Shown piece by piece: positions 46,725 to 56,498 of a stretch of DNA of 64,000 nt. Both the position numbers and the translations under genes were made by a program. The notes under the pieces were generated by a model. It made no database searches. It saw only the letters and a list, made by a program, of their open reading frames with translations, and was not told the DNA's origin. Source of the DNA: an uncultured Gemmatimonadales bacterium (lineage in GTDB: Bacteria > Gemmatimonadota > Gemmatimonadetes > Gemmatimonadales > GWC2-71-9). Position 1 is the stretch's first letter, and every line of letters starts with the position of its first letter. The DNA is taken from assembly GCA_963739455.1 (NCBI GenBank), contig CAVUAK010000001.1, positions 320,001-384,000 on the forward strand, written 5' to 3'.

Positions 46725-47995
46725 GGCTGCTAGTCGTAGGCGGTGGCGGGCGCGAACACGCACTATGCTGGGCCCTCCACCGCGAAAACCCGGACGTGAT
46801 CATCTGCTGCGCGCCCGGAAATCCTGGCACCGCTGAATTCGCCACCAACCTCGCCATTGCCGCCGACGACATCGATCGCATCGCCGATGCGACCGACATG
46901 TACGGCATTGACCTCGTCATCATCGGGCCCGAAGTGCCGCTGGCGCTCGGTCTGGCCGACCGGCTGCGTGCCGAGGGACGGCTCGTCACCGGGCCCGGCG
47001 CCGCGGCGGCGCGCATCGAGGCCTCGAAGGCGTTCTCCAAGGACGTGATGGCGGCCGCGGGCATTCCCACCGCGGCGAGCGAGACCTTCACTGATCTTCA
47101 GGCAGCACTCGCGTACGTCGCGAAGCACGCCGAACCACTGGTGGTGAAGGCCTCCGGCCTCGCGGCGGGCAAGGGTGCGATCGTCTGCGCCACGCGCGCG
47201 GAAGCGAAGGCGGCGGTGCAGTCGATGCTCGGCGATCGCCAGTTCGGTGACGCCGGCAGCGTCGTCGTCATCGAGGCCTTTCTCGAGGGTGAGGAAGTCT
47301 CGCTGCTCGGCTTGACCGACGGCCGGACCGTCGAGCTCCTTCCTGCAGCGCAGGATCACAAGCGCCTGCTCGAGGGAGACCAGGGGCCCAACACCGGCGG
47401 CATGGGCGCCTACGCACCAGTCTCCATCGCGACGCCCGCGCTGCTCGAGCGCGCGCGCAGGGAAGTCTTTGCGCCCTGCCTCGCGGAGCTCGCGCGACGC
47501 GGCGCGCCATTCACCGGTGTGCTCTACGCCGGCCTGATGGTGGCGCCCGACGGCACGCCCAACGTGGTCGAGTTCAACTGCCGCCTCGGTGATCCGGAGA
47601 CGGAAGTGGTGCTGCCCCTGGTGACGAATGGCCTTCTCGCCGCGTTCGAGGCCATCGCTCGCAGCGAGACACCGCCGCCGCTCGAGATCGCGCGCGACCG
47701 CTTTGCGGTGACCACGGTGCTGGCATCCGAGGGATATCCCGACAAGCCGATGAAGGGGCAGCCGATCGACTTCCCCGAGAGCTTCCCTCCCGGTGTCCTC
47801 GCGTTCCATGCCGGCACCACCCGAGACGTCCAGGGCGTGCTGCGCGTCAGCGGCGGTCGCGTGTTCGCCGTGACAGGCGTGGGCGCCACCTTCGAGGAGG
47901 CGCAGGCACGCAGCCGCAGCGGTGCCGAGGCGATTCACTACCAGGGCAAGGTCTATCGCAGCGACATCGGCTGGAGAGAGGTCGAGAGGCGTTAA
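46721..47995 (+). CDS. purD: Phosphoribosylamine-glycine ligase
   Basis: GGGGREHA, KASGLAAGKG, QDHKR, GPNTGGMG, RLGDPE. Confidence 0.97.
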   Translation: MRLLVVGGGGREHALCWALHRENPDVIICCAPGNPGTAEFATNLAIAADDIDRIADATDMYGIDLVIIGPEVPLALGLADRLRAEGRLVTGPGAAAARIEASKAFSKDVMAAAGIPTAASETFTDLQAALAYVAKHAEPLVVKASGLAAGKGAIVCATRAEAKAAVQSMLGDRQFGDAGSVVVIEAFLEGEEVSLLGLTDGRTVELLPAAQDHKRLLEGDQGPNTGGMGAYAPVSIATPALLERARREVFAPCLAELARRGAPFTGVLYAGLMVAPDGTPNVVEFNCRLGDPETEVVLPLVTNGLLAAFEAIARSETPPPLEIARDRFAVTTVLASEGYPDKPMKGQPIDFPESFPPGVLAFHAGTTRDVQGVLRVSGGRVFAVTGVGATFEEAQARSRSGAEAIHYQGKVYRSDIGWREVERR

Positions 47996-48034
47996 GCGTT
48001 AAGCGTTAGGCGTTAGGCGTTAGGCGTTAGGCGT
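47988..48034. repeat. 7-mer array (RGCGTTA)x6, left arm of four-helix cassette 2
   Basis: Contains the purD TAA and the four-helix gene stop. Confidence 0.93.
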
Positions 48035-48385
48035 GGAAAGGAGGCTTCGCCGCAACCCGCCAAGCAAGCGGCCGGTTTCCTCGTTCCGATTCTCCAGCTC
48101 GGCGTGTGTCGCGTCGCTCAGGTATCCGAGTGCATGAGCAATGTCGAAGAGGCACGCAAGTTCGCCGAGAGACCCTGCCGCTATGCTGAGGTATCGTGCA
48201 AACTCGTTTCGACCGTGTCGTGCGGCCCCTTCGGCAATGTTTGCGCAGACTGAGACGGCCGCCCTTCGCGCCTGAGCTGTCAGGCCGAAGCGTTCATGTG
48301 AGGGCCACGGGCCTGAAACGCGATATACTTCAAGGGTCAGTGCACGGGCGTGTTGCCAGGAGACGAAACGTGAGTGGCGAGCCAT
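48020..48385 (-). CDS. Four-helix-bundle protein (TIGR02436 / 23S rRNA IVP family, Avd-like)
   Basis: WQ...VY....WP..ERFGLTAQARRAAVSVCANIAEG; AAGGA SD. Confidence 0.93.
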   Translation of the reverse strand: MARHSRFVSWQHARALTLEVYRVSGPWPSHERFGLTAQARRAAVSVCANIAEGAARHGRNEFARYLSIAAGSLGELACLFDIAHALGYLSDATHAELENRNEETGRLLGGLRRSLLSTPNA

Positions 48386-48462
48386 GCTTGATCCTTACAT
48401 CAAATAGCAGGTCTTCATGCACCCTTTCTTCGCGACCTGGGGCATACTGCCGCGCTAGCATG

Positions 48463-48493
48463 TCACAACCAACGCCTCACGACTAACGCCTAA
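48463..48493. repeat. Degenerate 7-mer array (TAACGCC/TCACGAC), right arm of cassette 2
   Basis: tcacaac caacgcc tcacgac taacgcc taa, then the mutM GTG. Confidence 0.75.
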
Positions 48494-49351
48494 GTGCCCG
48501 AACTGCCCGAGGTCGAGACCATCGTCCGCGACCTTCGTCCCCACCTGGTCGGTCGCACCATCCAGAGCGCGAAGCTGTCTCACGACGACGTTCTCCGCGG
48601 CGTCACGAAGCGGAAGCTCGTCGCGTCGCTCGCCGGGGCCCGAATTGTCGGCATGACACGCCGCGCCAAGCACGCGATCCTCGAGCTCGGCTTTCCACTT
48701 CACGTCCTTACGTCTTCACGTCCTCACGTCTTGTCATCCAACCCGGCATGACCGGCTCCCTCATGATCTCACGACAAGCCACTCACCCCAGCGGAGGCCG
48801 AAATACTGCCGTCCTCCGCGCCCCGCTCGACGACGGCCGGGAGCTGGTCTACCGCGACGTGCGCCGTCTGGGCACAATTCTGTTGCTCGACGAAAAGGGC
48901 TGGGCCGCTTACGACGCGGCCCTGGGCCCCGAACCCCTCGACCCCGAACTCACGCCCGCTCGCTTCGCCGCCATCATGGCGTCGTCGAAACAGGCGATCA
49001 AGAAGGTGCTGATGGACCAGCGGAAGATCGTCGGCGTCGGCAACATCTACGCGAACGAGGCGCTCTTCGCGGCGGGTATCGACCCGTCCAAGGCCGCGTC
49101 GCGACTCACGACCTCACGACTCACGACTCCTGCTCGACCCACACCCGCGCATCCTGGAGGCCGCGATCGCTCCCAGGGCACCACCTTCCGCGACTACCGC
49201 ACCGGCACCGGCGAGAAGGGCAACTTCCAGCTCGAGCTCTTCGTCTACGGTCGCGAGGGAGAGAAGTGCAAGGTGTGCGGCACACGGCTGGCCCACACGC
49301 ACGAGATCGACGCGCGCATGCACCGTCTTCTGCCACAAATGCCAGCAGTAG
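48494..49351 (+). CDS. mutM: Formamidopyrimidine-DNA glycosylase (several frameshifts)
   Basis: MPELPEVET, RRAK, GMTG, GVGNIYANE, zinc finger CKVC...TVFCHKCQ stop 49351. Confidence 0.9.
48699..48732. repeat. 8-mer array (YTYACGTC)x4 inside mutM
   Basis: ttcacgtc cttacgtc ttcacgtc ctcacgtc tt. Confidence 0.88.
49102..49128. repeat. 7-mer array (CGACTCA)x~4 inside mutM
   Basis: cgactca cgacctca cgactca cgact. Confidence 0.8.
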
Positions 49352-50449
49352 CCCGCGCTCCCACGCTCGCCCTGGCGTCCGCCGACCTGGAGCGGCTGCG
49401 CGTGCGCGTGCGCGCCCTCGCCGAGAACCGGCCCGGCGTGTATCGCATGCTCTCCGCGACGGGTCGCATCCTCTACGTCGGCAAGGCGCGGAAGATCCGC
49501 ACCCGTCTCCTGTCGTACTTTCGCGCCGACAACCACGACAAGGCCGCGCGCATCCTCCAGGCAGCCCACGACATCAAGTGGGACTACGCGCCCAGCGAGT
49601 TCGCGGCACTGCTCGGCGAGTTGCGCCTCATCCGGCAGCATCGCCCGCCGTACAACGTGCAGATGAACCGCACCCGTCGGGCACTGCTGATCAAGATCAG
49701 TGGCGGGGCGGCACCCCGCGTGTACGGTGGCGGCGCGGTGGTGGCCGAGGACCGTCTCGCCTACGGTCCCTTCGCGTCGATGGGACGGATGCTCGATGGG
49801 GTGCGGGTCCTCAACGACCTGCTCGGCCTGCGCGACTGCGCCGCGACGATGCCCATCGTCTTTGCGTCCCAGGGCGACCTCTTCGGTGCCCCGCGACACG
49901 CCGCCTGCATGCGCCACCAGTTCGGCACCTGCACCGGGCCCTGCGCCGGCTTCGTGAGCGAGGCCGACTATCGCTCGCGCGCCGAGGTCGCGGCCGCCTT
50001 CCTCGAGGGCCGCACCCTGACGCCGCTCGACCGCGCTGTCCACGCCATGACGGAGGCAGCCGCCGCAAACGACTTCGAGCGTGCCGCGCGCTGGCGCGAC
50101 AAGTTCGAGCAGCTCGAGTGGCTGCTCGCCGCCACCAGTCGCGCGCGCACCGCGATCGACTTGCTCACCTTCGTCTATCGCGACCCCGGCACCTTTGGCG
50201 ACGACCGCGCCTACGTCGTGCGCCGCGGTGTCGTGCGCGCCACCTATCCCTGGCCCGAGACACCCATCGAGCAGATGGCGTTCTCCGGCGTCGTGGCGCA
50301 CGAGAAGGAACAGCTCGCCGGGCCTGCCTGGCCCCTGCCACTCGAGTTCCTCGACGAGATTCTCCTGGTGTCAGCCTGGTTCCGGCAGGCACCCCGAGGC
50401 ACTCCGTCGTACCACGCCCCTCGAGGAGTTCAACGCGAACTGCCATTGA
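49339..50449 (+). CDS. UvrC/Cho-like GIY-YIG nuclease with UVR motif (frameshift ~50385)
   Basis: PGVYRM...ILYVGKA..IRTRLLSYF, P.YN, C...C, DFERAARWRD. Confidence 0.85.
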
Positions 50450-50646
50450 TCCGCCACCGCACAACCGGCGGCCGGACGCAACAGACCGAAAAGCATTCTT
50501 CTGCACCGCTACAGCCCACTCCCAAGTCAGGCTCGCGCACGCCGCTTCCACTGCTGTCTCGAACCCCGACACCGTAGCACTTCCTGACGCTGAGGGGCCG
50601 GTGCCACGAAATTCCTTGGCATCTCCCCTGCCCCTGTTTCCGGGCA

Positions 50647-51652
50647 ATGAGATACCTCCTGCGGTTCATCCTGCAGTTCGTGGCCGTCACCTGCCTCCTC
50701 CTCGTGGCGCAACCAGCGCGCGCGGATTCGCCGGGTCGGCGCGAGCCTGCCCGCGTCACCGTCTATCCGGTGAGCCGGGTGCGTGAGGGCGGCTGGTACC
50801 TGCAGCGGATCAGCGATCCAGGGCGAGTTCCAGCCGTCGATCGGTGCATCGCTCGAGGAAGCACTGCCCGACAGCCTGCTCAATGACCATGAGCGGCACG
50901 TCATGGCGTGGGATATGGCGGGGCTGCTGCGCTGGGACGTGGACTTTGCGCGCGGCATGGACGCCGGCGATCGCTACTCGATCGTCTTCGAGCGCTTCCT
51001 GGGCGACAACGGCGAGGTGCGCTACGGACGGCTGCTGGCCGCCGAGCTGCTGGTGAGCGGGCGACAGGTGTCGATCTACGCCTTCGATGCGCCCGACGGC
51101 CGCATCGTCTACTTCGATGGTGAGGGACGTTCACTCGAGCGCAGCTACCTGAGCGCCCCGGTGGACTTCCAGAGGATCAGCAGCGGCTTCTCGCGCTCAC
51201 GCTATCACCCGGTGCTGCATCGCTGGCGGAAGCACGAGGGCATCGACTACGCCGCCGACCCAGGCACGCCGGTGCGGACCATCGCCGATGGTGTGGTGGT
51301 GCGTGCCGGATGGTCGGGTGGGTATGGTCGCATGGTCGAGATCCGCCATGCCAACGGGATCGTGACGCGTTACGGTCACCTGAGCGCGTTCGCGGCAGGG
51401 CTCCAGCCGCGCATGTCGGTGCCCCAGGGCGCGGTCATCGGCGCTGTCGGTTCATCCGGTCTCGCCACCGGACCGCATCTTCACTTCGAGCTGCGCATCA
51501 ATGGCGTCGCCACCGACCCGCGCTTCATGCCGCGCGAGGGTGGCAAGCCGATCGCCGAGGACGATCGTGTTTCGTTCACGATCCAGCGCCAGAAGCTCCG
51601 AGGTCTCATGGACGAACCCCCCGTCACAACTCTTTCCGCAAACACGCACTAG
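50647..51652 (+). CDS. M23 family peptidase, MepM-like (frameshift ~50790)
   Basis: HEGIDYAA, YGHLS, TGPHLHFE. Confidence 0.9.
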
Positions 51653-51656
51653 CTCC

Positions 51657-51698
51657 CTCACGTCCTCACGTCCTCACGTCTTCACGTCTTCACGTCTT
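51657..51698. repeat. 8-mer array (YTCACGTC)x5
   Basis: Fills convergent spacer; contains the stop at 51690. Confidence 0.92.
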
Positions 51699-52334
51699 CG
51701 GCACCACCACCAAACCCCATCTGGCCGGCAACATCTCGATTCGACTCGCCCGTTCCCCGTCGTGTGGCGCTGGCCACGAATACCATGCACTCGGGTCGTT
51801 GTCATAGCTGCGGAACGCGATCGTCGCCTGGCGCGACGTCTCGTCGATGAACCACGCCACCGGTAGCAAGAGCTCCACGCTCCATCCCGCCGCGTCCGAA
51901 CTCGACTGCACCTCCCAGCCATCGATGCTTCTCGCCTTCCCCAGTCGCCAGTCGGGGTCATCGCTCGGTGGCATCCAGCGCCCGTGACGGCCCTGATTGG
52001 CAACGCTGCTGTCGAGCATGCGGCGCAGGTACCACTGCGTGTCATCGTGCCCCGGTCCCGGGGTTCCGTCGCCCAGCGGATCGATGCTCACCACGAAGTC
52101 ATCGCCCCAGTAGTACGTCGAGTCGGTCATGCGGGCAGCGACATATGCCGAGTCGCCGTGTCGAACGAGCCAGACCTCGACCTTGCCCTGCGCCGTCGGG
52201 ATCACAACGCTCGGCGTGCCATACTCGGCGGCGGACGCAGCCCCATCGAAGCGAACTGAGCTCGGCGCATCGCGCATGCGCAGCGTGTCCGCGTGCTGAA
52301 GTGCAGTGAGGGCGATCAGGGTCGTCAGCAGCAT
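51690..52334 (-). CDS. Exported hypothetical protein (CBM9/DOMON-like)
   Basis: Signal peptide; DG....EY, AYVA, WSVELLLP pattern. Confidence 0.6.
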   Translation of the reverse strand: MLLTTLIALTALQHADTLRMRDAPSSVRFDGAASAAEYGTPSVVIPTAQGKVEVWLVRHGDSAYVAARMTDSTYYWGDDFVVSIDPLGDGTPGPGHDDTQWYLRRMLDSSVANQGRHGRWMPPSDDPDWRLGKARSIDGWEVQSSSDAAGWSVELLLPVAWFIDETSRQATIAFRSYDNDPSAWYSWPAPHDGERASRIEMLPARWGLVVVPKT

Positions 52335-52413
52335 TGTCCTCAGGGGTTACAGATTGAAACAAATGGGCTCGCCAGTGCGTCAGGCCGCCATCCCTCAGAC
52401 CGCGGTCACCATC

Positions 52414-52863
52414 ATGCGCGCATCGATCCTGGCCCTGACATTGGGTCTCGCCGCCGTCCCTGCGGCAGCACAGAATACGTCAGCGGCCCCTGCCACCGCC
52501 CCGGCAGCAGAACTCAACAACACCCAGTGGATCCTTCTGGGTCGCCAGGTCACCGAGTGGTTCATGATCGGCCAGACCGACAGTCTCCTCGCTCATTCCT
52601 CGCCCGATGTGCTTGAACGCATGGGTGGCGCCAAGGGACTGCTCGAGGCCCGGGACGAGCTGGCCTCGCGTGTTGGCTCCGAGGTCGAGGTGATCACCGA
52701 CAAGATGACCAAGCGGAAGGGAAATCCACAGTACTGGCGGGAATCGAGGTACGAGAATGCACCGGAGCCCATTGTGCTACGATTCGTCTTCAACGCGCAG
52801 GCCCAGATCATCGGCATCGGGATGAGCCCGTTGAGCCAGGTTCCGGCTCCCGATCCATCATAG
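52414..52863 (+). CDS. Exported hypothetical protein
   Basis: Signal peptide MRASILALTLGLAAVPAAA. Confidence 0.65.
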   Translation: MRASILALTLGLAAVPAAAQNTSAAPATAPAAELNNTQWILLGRQVTEWFMIGQTDSLLAHSSPDVLERMGGAKGLLEARDELASRVGSEVEVITDKMTKRKGNPQYWRESRYENAPEPIVLRFVFNAQAQIIGIGMSPLSQVPAPDPS

Positions 52864-52874
52864 CGTTCAGCGAC

Positions 52875-53465
52875 GTGGAGGGCCCCATCCGCAAGCTGGG
52901 CTGGACCACCATGACGGTCCTGGCGCTGGGCGTGGCGATCTACGCGATTGCCGTGCTGGCGCTGCCTGCGTTTGGCCCACCCTTCATTCACGAGCGGCGC
53001 GCCATCATGCCGCTCGCTGTCTGGGCGCACCTTGCTGGTGGAAGCCTCGCCCTCGCCCTCGGTCCCTGGCAGTTCCTCCCCAGCATTCGCGCCAATGCCG
53101 TTGCGGTTCATCGCTGGACCGGACGAGCCTATCTCGTGGCGGTCCTGGTGGGTGGGCTCGGCGGGATGGCCCTGGCGCCGCAATCCCAATACGGACTCGT
53201 GACGCACGTGGGATTTGGCTTTCTGGCCCTCCTCTGGCTGGGCGCCACCGGACAGGCATACTGGTCTATTCGTCAGCGCGACGTCGCGGCGCACCAGCGG
53301 TGGATGACGCGGAGCTATGCCCTCACGCTCGCCGCCGTCACCCTGCGCATCTGGCTGCCCCTGAGCCAGGCGGCTGGTATCCCGTTCGCTGACGCCTATC
53401 AGGTAGTGGCGTGGCTCTGCTGGGTGCCCAACCTGGTGATCGCGGAGTGGCTGATCATCCGGTAG
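52875..53465 (+). CDS. DUF2306 membrane protein
   Basis: HRWTGRAY, HQRWMTRSYALTLAAVTLR, WLCWVPNL. Confidence 0.88.
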   Translation: MEGPIRKLGWTTMTVLALGVAIYAIAVLALPAFGPPFIHERRAIMPLAVWAHLAGGSLALALGPWQFLPSIRANAVAVHRWTGRAYLVAVLVGGLGGMALAPQSQYGLVTHVGFGFLALLWLGATGQAYWSIRQRDVAAHQRWMTRSYALTLAAVTLRIWLPLSQAAGIPFADAYQVVAWLCWVPNLVIAEWLIIR

Positions 53466-53535
53466 CGCGCTACGCGTTCTCCAGTGGCCAGTGAATATTG
53501 AAGGAGGAAGCCACTCCACAACCACCGAGATCCTC

Positions 53536-54195
53536 ATGCGCCTGTTGCTCCTGCTTGGCCTGATGGCGCAGACGGCGGCTTGCTGCACACGCCTGAGCGC
53601 CCAGACCGGCTGTGAACCCGTCGCACAGCGCGGATCGCGGGAGCTTGGTTGCTACATCACGGCCCGGCAGGAGCTTGGTAGGCTTCCGCGCGACACGCTT
53701 CTCTACTGGCATGTCGACAGTTTCCCCGGACTCGCGGCCGCTGACTCGGCGCGTACGCCCCGCAGTACCATCGTGCGGTCCCTCGGGTCCAACTGGCTCT
53801 TCACCATTGCAGAGACGGGTTGGCAGGCGCCGGCGGGCTATCACGTGGCCGTCATAGGCCCCGTGCCCCTCTTCGCGGCCGACAGTTTTGCCGCCGTTTA
53901 TATGGAGGGAGTATTCGAACCTGGCATGCAGACCGCCGTGCACCGACATCCCGGCACCGAGGCATGGTACACCCTCACGGGGCAGCAATGCCTCGAGACG
54001 CCAAGGGGAAGGATGGTGCAGAAGGCTGGCGATCCTGGGGTCATGGTACCCGGCGGTGAGCCGATGATCCTGACGGGCATTGGCACGACCATTCGCCGGT
54101 CTCTCGTCCTGATTCTGCAGGACGCCACGCAGCCGCGATCCATGCTGGCGACCGACTGGACACCGGCTGGATTGTGCAGCGCCCCTGGCTTGTAG
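53536..54195 (+). CDS. Exported cupin-domain protein
   Basis: VHRHPGTEAWY cupin motif; signal peptide. Confidence 0.75.
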   Translation: MRLLLLLGLMAQTAACCTRLSAQTGCEPVAQRGSRELGCYITARQELGRLPRDTLLYWHVDSFPGLAAADSARTPRSTIVRSLGSNWLFTIAETGWQAPAGYHVAVIGPVPLFAADSFAAVYMEGVFEPGMQTAVHRHPGTEAWYTLTGQQCLETPRGRMVQKAGDPGVMVPGGEPMILTGIGTTIRRSLVLILQDATQPRSMLATDWTPAGLCSAPGL

Positions 54196-54725
54196 TGGCG
54201 GCACAGGTGCGCCTGCCACTGATGCTGTGCTCCTTCGCCTTCGCTGCGCTGCCATCTGTCGCGCTGGCCCAGTCGAAGATCGCCGGCGCCAACTGGCAGA
54301 AGGGCCCGCGCATCGACAGCGTGCGGGCGGTGGTCAGCCGGGTTGAGGAACTCTCCGGCACCCTGACCATGCAGGTCGACTCCAGCGTCTGCGACGACGG
54401 CCACGTCGCCCTCGTGAGCAAGCTCTTCACCGACAGCGGCAACGTCGTGCGGCGATTCACGGTTCAGGGTGGATCGGATGAATCGGCTGGGCAGGAGTAT
54501 CACTACTACGATGCCCTCGGTACGCTCCGCTTCACGTTCGCCGAAACGAGTGCCGCCAACGGAACCCGCCGCGAGGATCGCTACTACTACGATGGCTCAG
54601 GCACCCTGATCTACCACGATGAGCGCAACCTGCGCGGTCCGGGATATTCCGGCGGGTTTATTGGCCTGCCGGTGCGCGACCCGCGAGGCGCCTTCCTCGC
54701 AGGATGCAGGCAGCACGACGAGTAA
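54195..54725 (+). CDS. Exported hypothetical protein
   Basis: Signal-like N-terminus; two YYD..G.L repeats; start uncertain. Confidence 0.6.
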   Translation: MAAQVRLPLMLCSFAFAALPSVALAQSKIAGANWQKGPRIDSVRAVVSRVEELSGTLTMQVDSSVCDDGHVALVSKLFTDSGNVVRRFTVQGGSDESAGQEYHYYDALGTLRFTFAETSAANGTRREDRYYYDGSGTLIYHDERNLRGPGYSGGFIGLPVRDPRGAFLAGCRQHDE

Positions 54726-54785
54726 CCTGTCGGCAGCGCTGCGACGTATCTTCCTCGGCATTCCAGTCAACAGGGAGATTATCGC

Positions 54786-55283
54786 ATGCGCCGGCTGCTA
54801 CCGTTGTACCTCCTGTCCGTTGTCATCATGGGGTGCAGTCCGGCCCCGGCACGACAGGAGGCGCCGCCGCCCATCGTCGGCGCCTGGCGCTCCTCACTCC
54901 AGTTCGCTGACGGCGCCTTCGCCGGCATCAAGGACCTGGAGTTCATGTACGTGTTCAACCAGGGCGGCACCCTCACCGAGTCATCCAACTACGATGGCGC
55001 TCCGCCCGTACCGCCCGCCTACGGTGCCTGGCGCGCCATCTCTGCCACCGAGTTCGAGGCGAAGTACGAGTTCTACGTCACCACTCCGGCACCGCCCGAC
55101 GCGTTCAAGACTGGGGCTGGCTGGTTGCCGGCGGGCCGCGGCATCTTCACCGAGCGGATCACGCTGGGTGCCGATGGAAAGACCTTCACCTCGACCATCA
55201 CCTACGAGGCCTTCGATACGCGCGGCCAGGCGGTAGCGGGTGGTGGTACCGCTACGGGACGCGCGGTCAGGATCGGTCTCTAG
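54786..55283 (+). CDS. Hypothetical lipoprotein
   Basis: GGGAG SD; lipobox IMGC. Confidence 0.7.
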   Translation: MRRLLPLYLLSVVIMGCSPAPARQEAPPPIVGAWRSSLQFADGAFAGIKDLEFMYVFNQGGTLTESSNYDGAPPVPPAYGAWRAISATEFEAKYEFYVTTPAPPDAFKTGAGWLPAGRGIFTERITLGADGKTFTSTITYEAFDTRGQAVAGGGTATGRAVRIGL

Positions 55284-55298
55284 CGAGGCCTCACCCGG

Positions 55299-55892
55299 CT
55301 ACTTGAGCTTGAACCCCGTTGCCTCGATCTGGGCCGCGGTCATCTGGATTACGCTCACCGTGAGCGGGATCGGCACCAGCGGTTCATCGAGTGAGTCGGT
55401 CGGCACCGACACGATCGCCTCAGCCACGTCCATTCCCTTGATGACCTGTCCATAGACCACGAAGTTGCCGTCCAGTCGCTTCAGGCCGTCCTTGTTCACC
55501 ACGATGTAGAACTGGCAGCCGGCGGAAAGCTTCTGCGGGTTGTCGTCGCGTCCGGCCCCGACTGCCCCGTACACATGCTTCAGGTCCGGTACGAACTCTG
55601 GTGCCAGGTTATACGGTGAGTCCTTGAACCCCGCCGGCGTGTCAGGGCACCCGCCCTGTGCCACGAAGTTCTTGATGACACGGTTGAACGTCAGCGAATC
55701 CCAGTAGTGCGCATCGGCGAGCTTGATGAAGCTCGCCATGTGGTTCGGCGTCTGGGGATACAGGTAGAACAGGATCTCGCCCTTGGGCGTGACAATACGG
55801 CCCACCGGGTATGTCGGGGCACTGTTCGCAGACAGGAAGGCGATGAGGGCCATCGCCGCGAGGGCGGGAAGGAATTTCTTCATGCGCGTCAC
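55299..55892 (-). CDS. Exported cyclophilin-type peptidyl-prolyl isomerase
   Basis: FNRVIKNFVAQGG, GCQFYIV, VYGQVIKGMDV. Confidence 0.9.
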   Translation of the reverse strand: MTRMKKFLPALAAMALIAFLSANSAPTYPVGRIVTPKGEILFYLYPQTPNHMASFIKLADAHYWDSLTFNRVIKNFVAQGGCPDTPAGFKDSPYNLAPEFVPDLKHVYGAVGAGRDDNPQKLSAGCQFYIVVNKDGLKRLDGNFVVYGQVIKGMDVAEAIVSVPTDSLDEPLVPIPLTVSVIQMTAAQIEATGFKLK

Positions 55893-56494
55893 CCCTGGCT
55901 CACGAGTTGTTTGACGCCATCGACCACCGTCTGCACCGCGAGCGCGGCGAGCAGCAGCCCCATGACGCGCCTCACGATGTTGATCCCGCCGTCCCCAATC
56001 AGGCGCTGGATCGGGCTCGCCGCGAGCATCAGCAGCAGCGTGAACCCAAGCACCGCGAGCATCGCGACGGACGTCTGCACCTGCTCCCCGACATTGAAGG
56101 TCGCGTTGTCGGTCAGCACCACCACCGCCATCATCGCCGCCGGCCCCGCCATCGAGGGGATCGCCACCGGGAAGACGGCCACGTCGTTCCCCTTCACCTG
56201 GTCGGCGTCCTCTTTCTGGTGCCCCGGATCGAACACCATTTGCAGGGCGAAGAGGAAGAGCACGATGCCACCCGCCACCTGGTACGAGGACAGCGAGATC
56301 CCCATCGCATTGAGCACCACCTGCCCCAGCGCCACGAAGCCGAGCAGGACGCCCGCCGAGATGAATGTCGCCCGCACGGCGACACGTCGCCGCTCCGCGT
56401 CGGTCATTCCCGCCGTTGCGGTGAGGTAGATCGGGATGGTTCCAACGGGATCGATCACGGCAATGAGCGTGACCAGGTCCTTCAGGACATCCAT
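55889..56494 (-). CDS. MarC family membrane protein
   Basis: IDPVGTIP, AVFPVAIPSMAGP, RVMGLLLAA. Confidence 0.92.
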   Translation of the reverse strand: MDVLKDLVTLIAVIDPVGTIPIYLTATAGMTDAERRRVAVRATFISAGVLLGFVALGQVVLNAMGISLSSYQVAGGIVLFLFALQMVFDPGHQKEDADQVKGNDVAVFPVAIPSMAGPAAMMAVVVLTDNATFNVGEQVQTSVAMLAVLGFTLLLMLAASPIQRLIGDGGINIVRRVMGLLLAALAVQTVVDGVKQLVSQG

Positions 56495-56498
56495 GGAG

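Noticed and set aside
48748..50577. 609-aa Fpg-UvrC fusion
   Set aside because: The Fpg zinc finger ends TVFCHKCQQ-stop at 49351 in another frame; indel artefact
50450..50646. Riboswitch upstream of the M23 peptidase
   Set aside because: One hairpin is present, but c-di-AMP or c-di-GMP consensus motifs were not recognisable; an Rfam scan is needed
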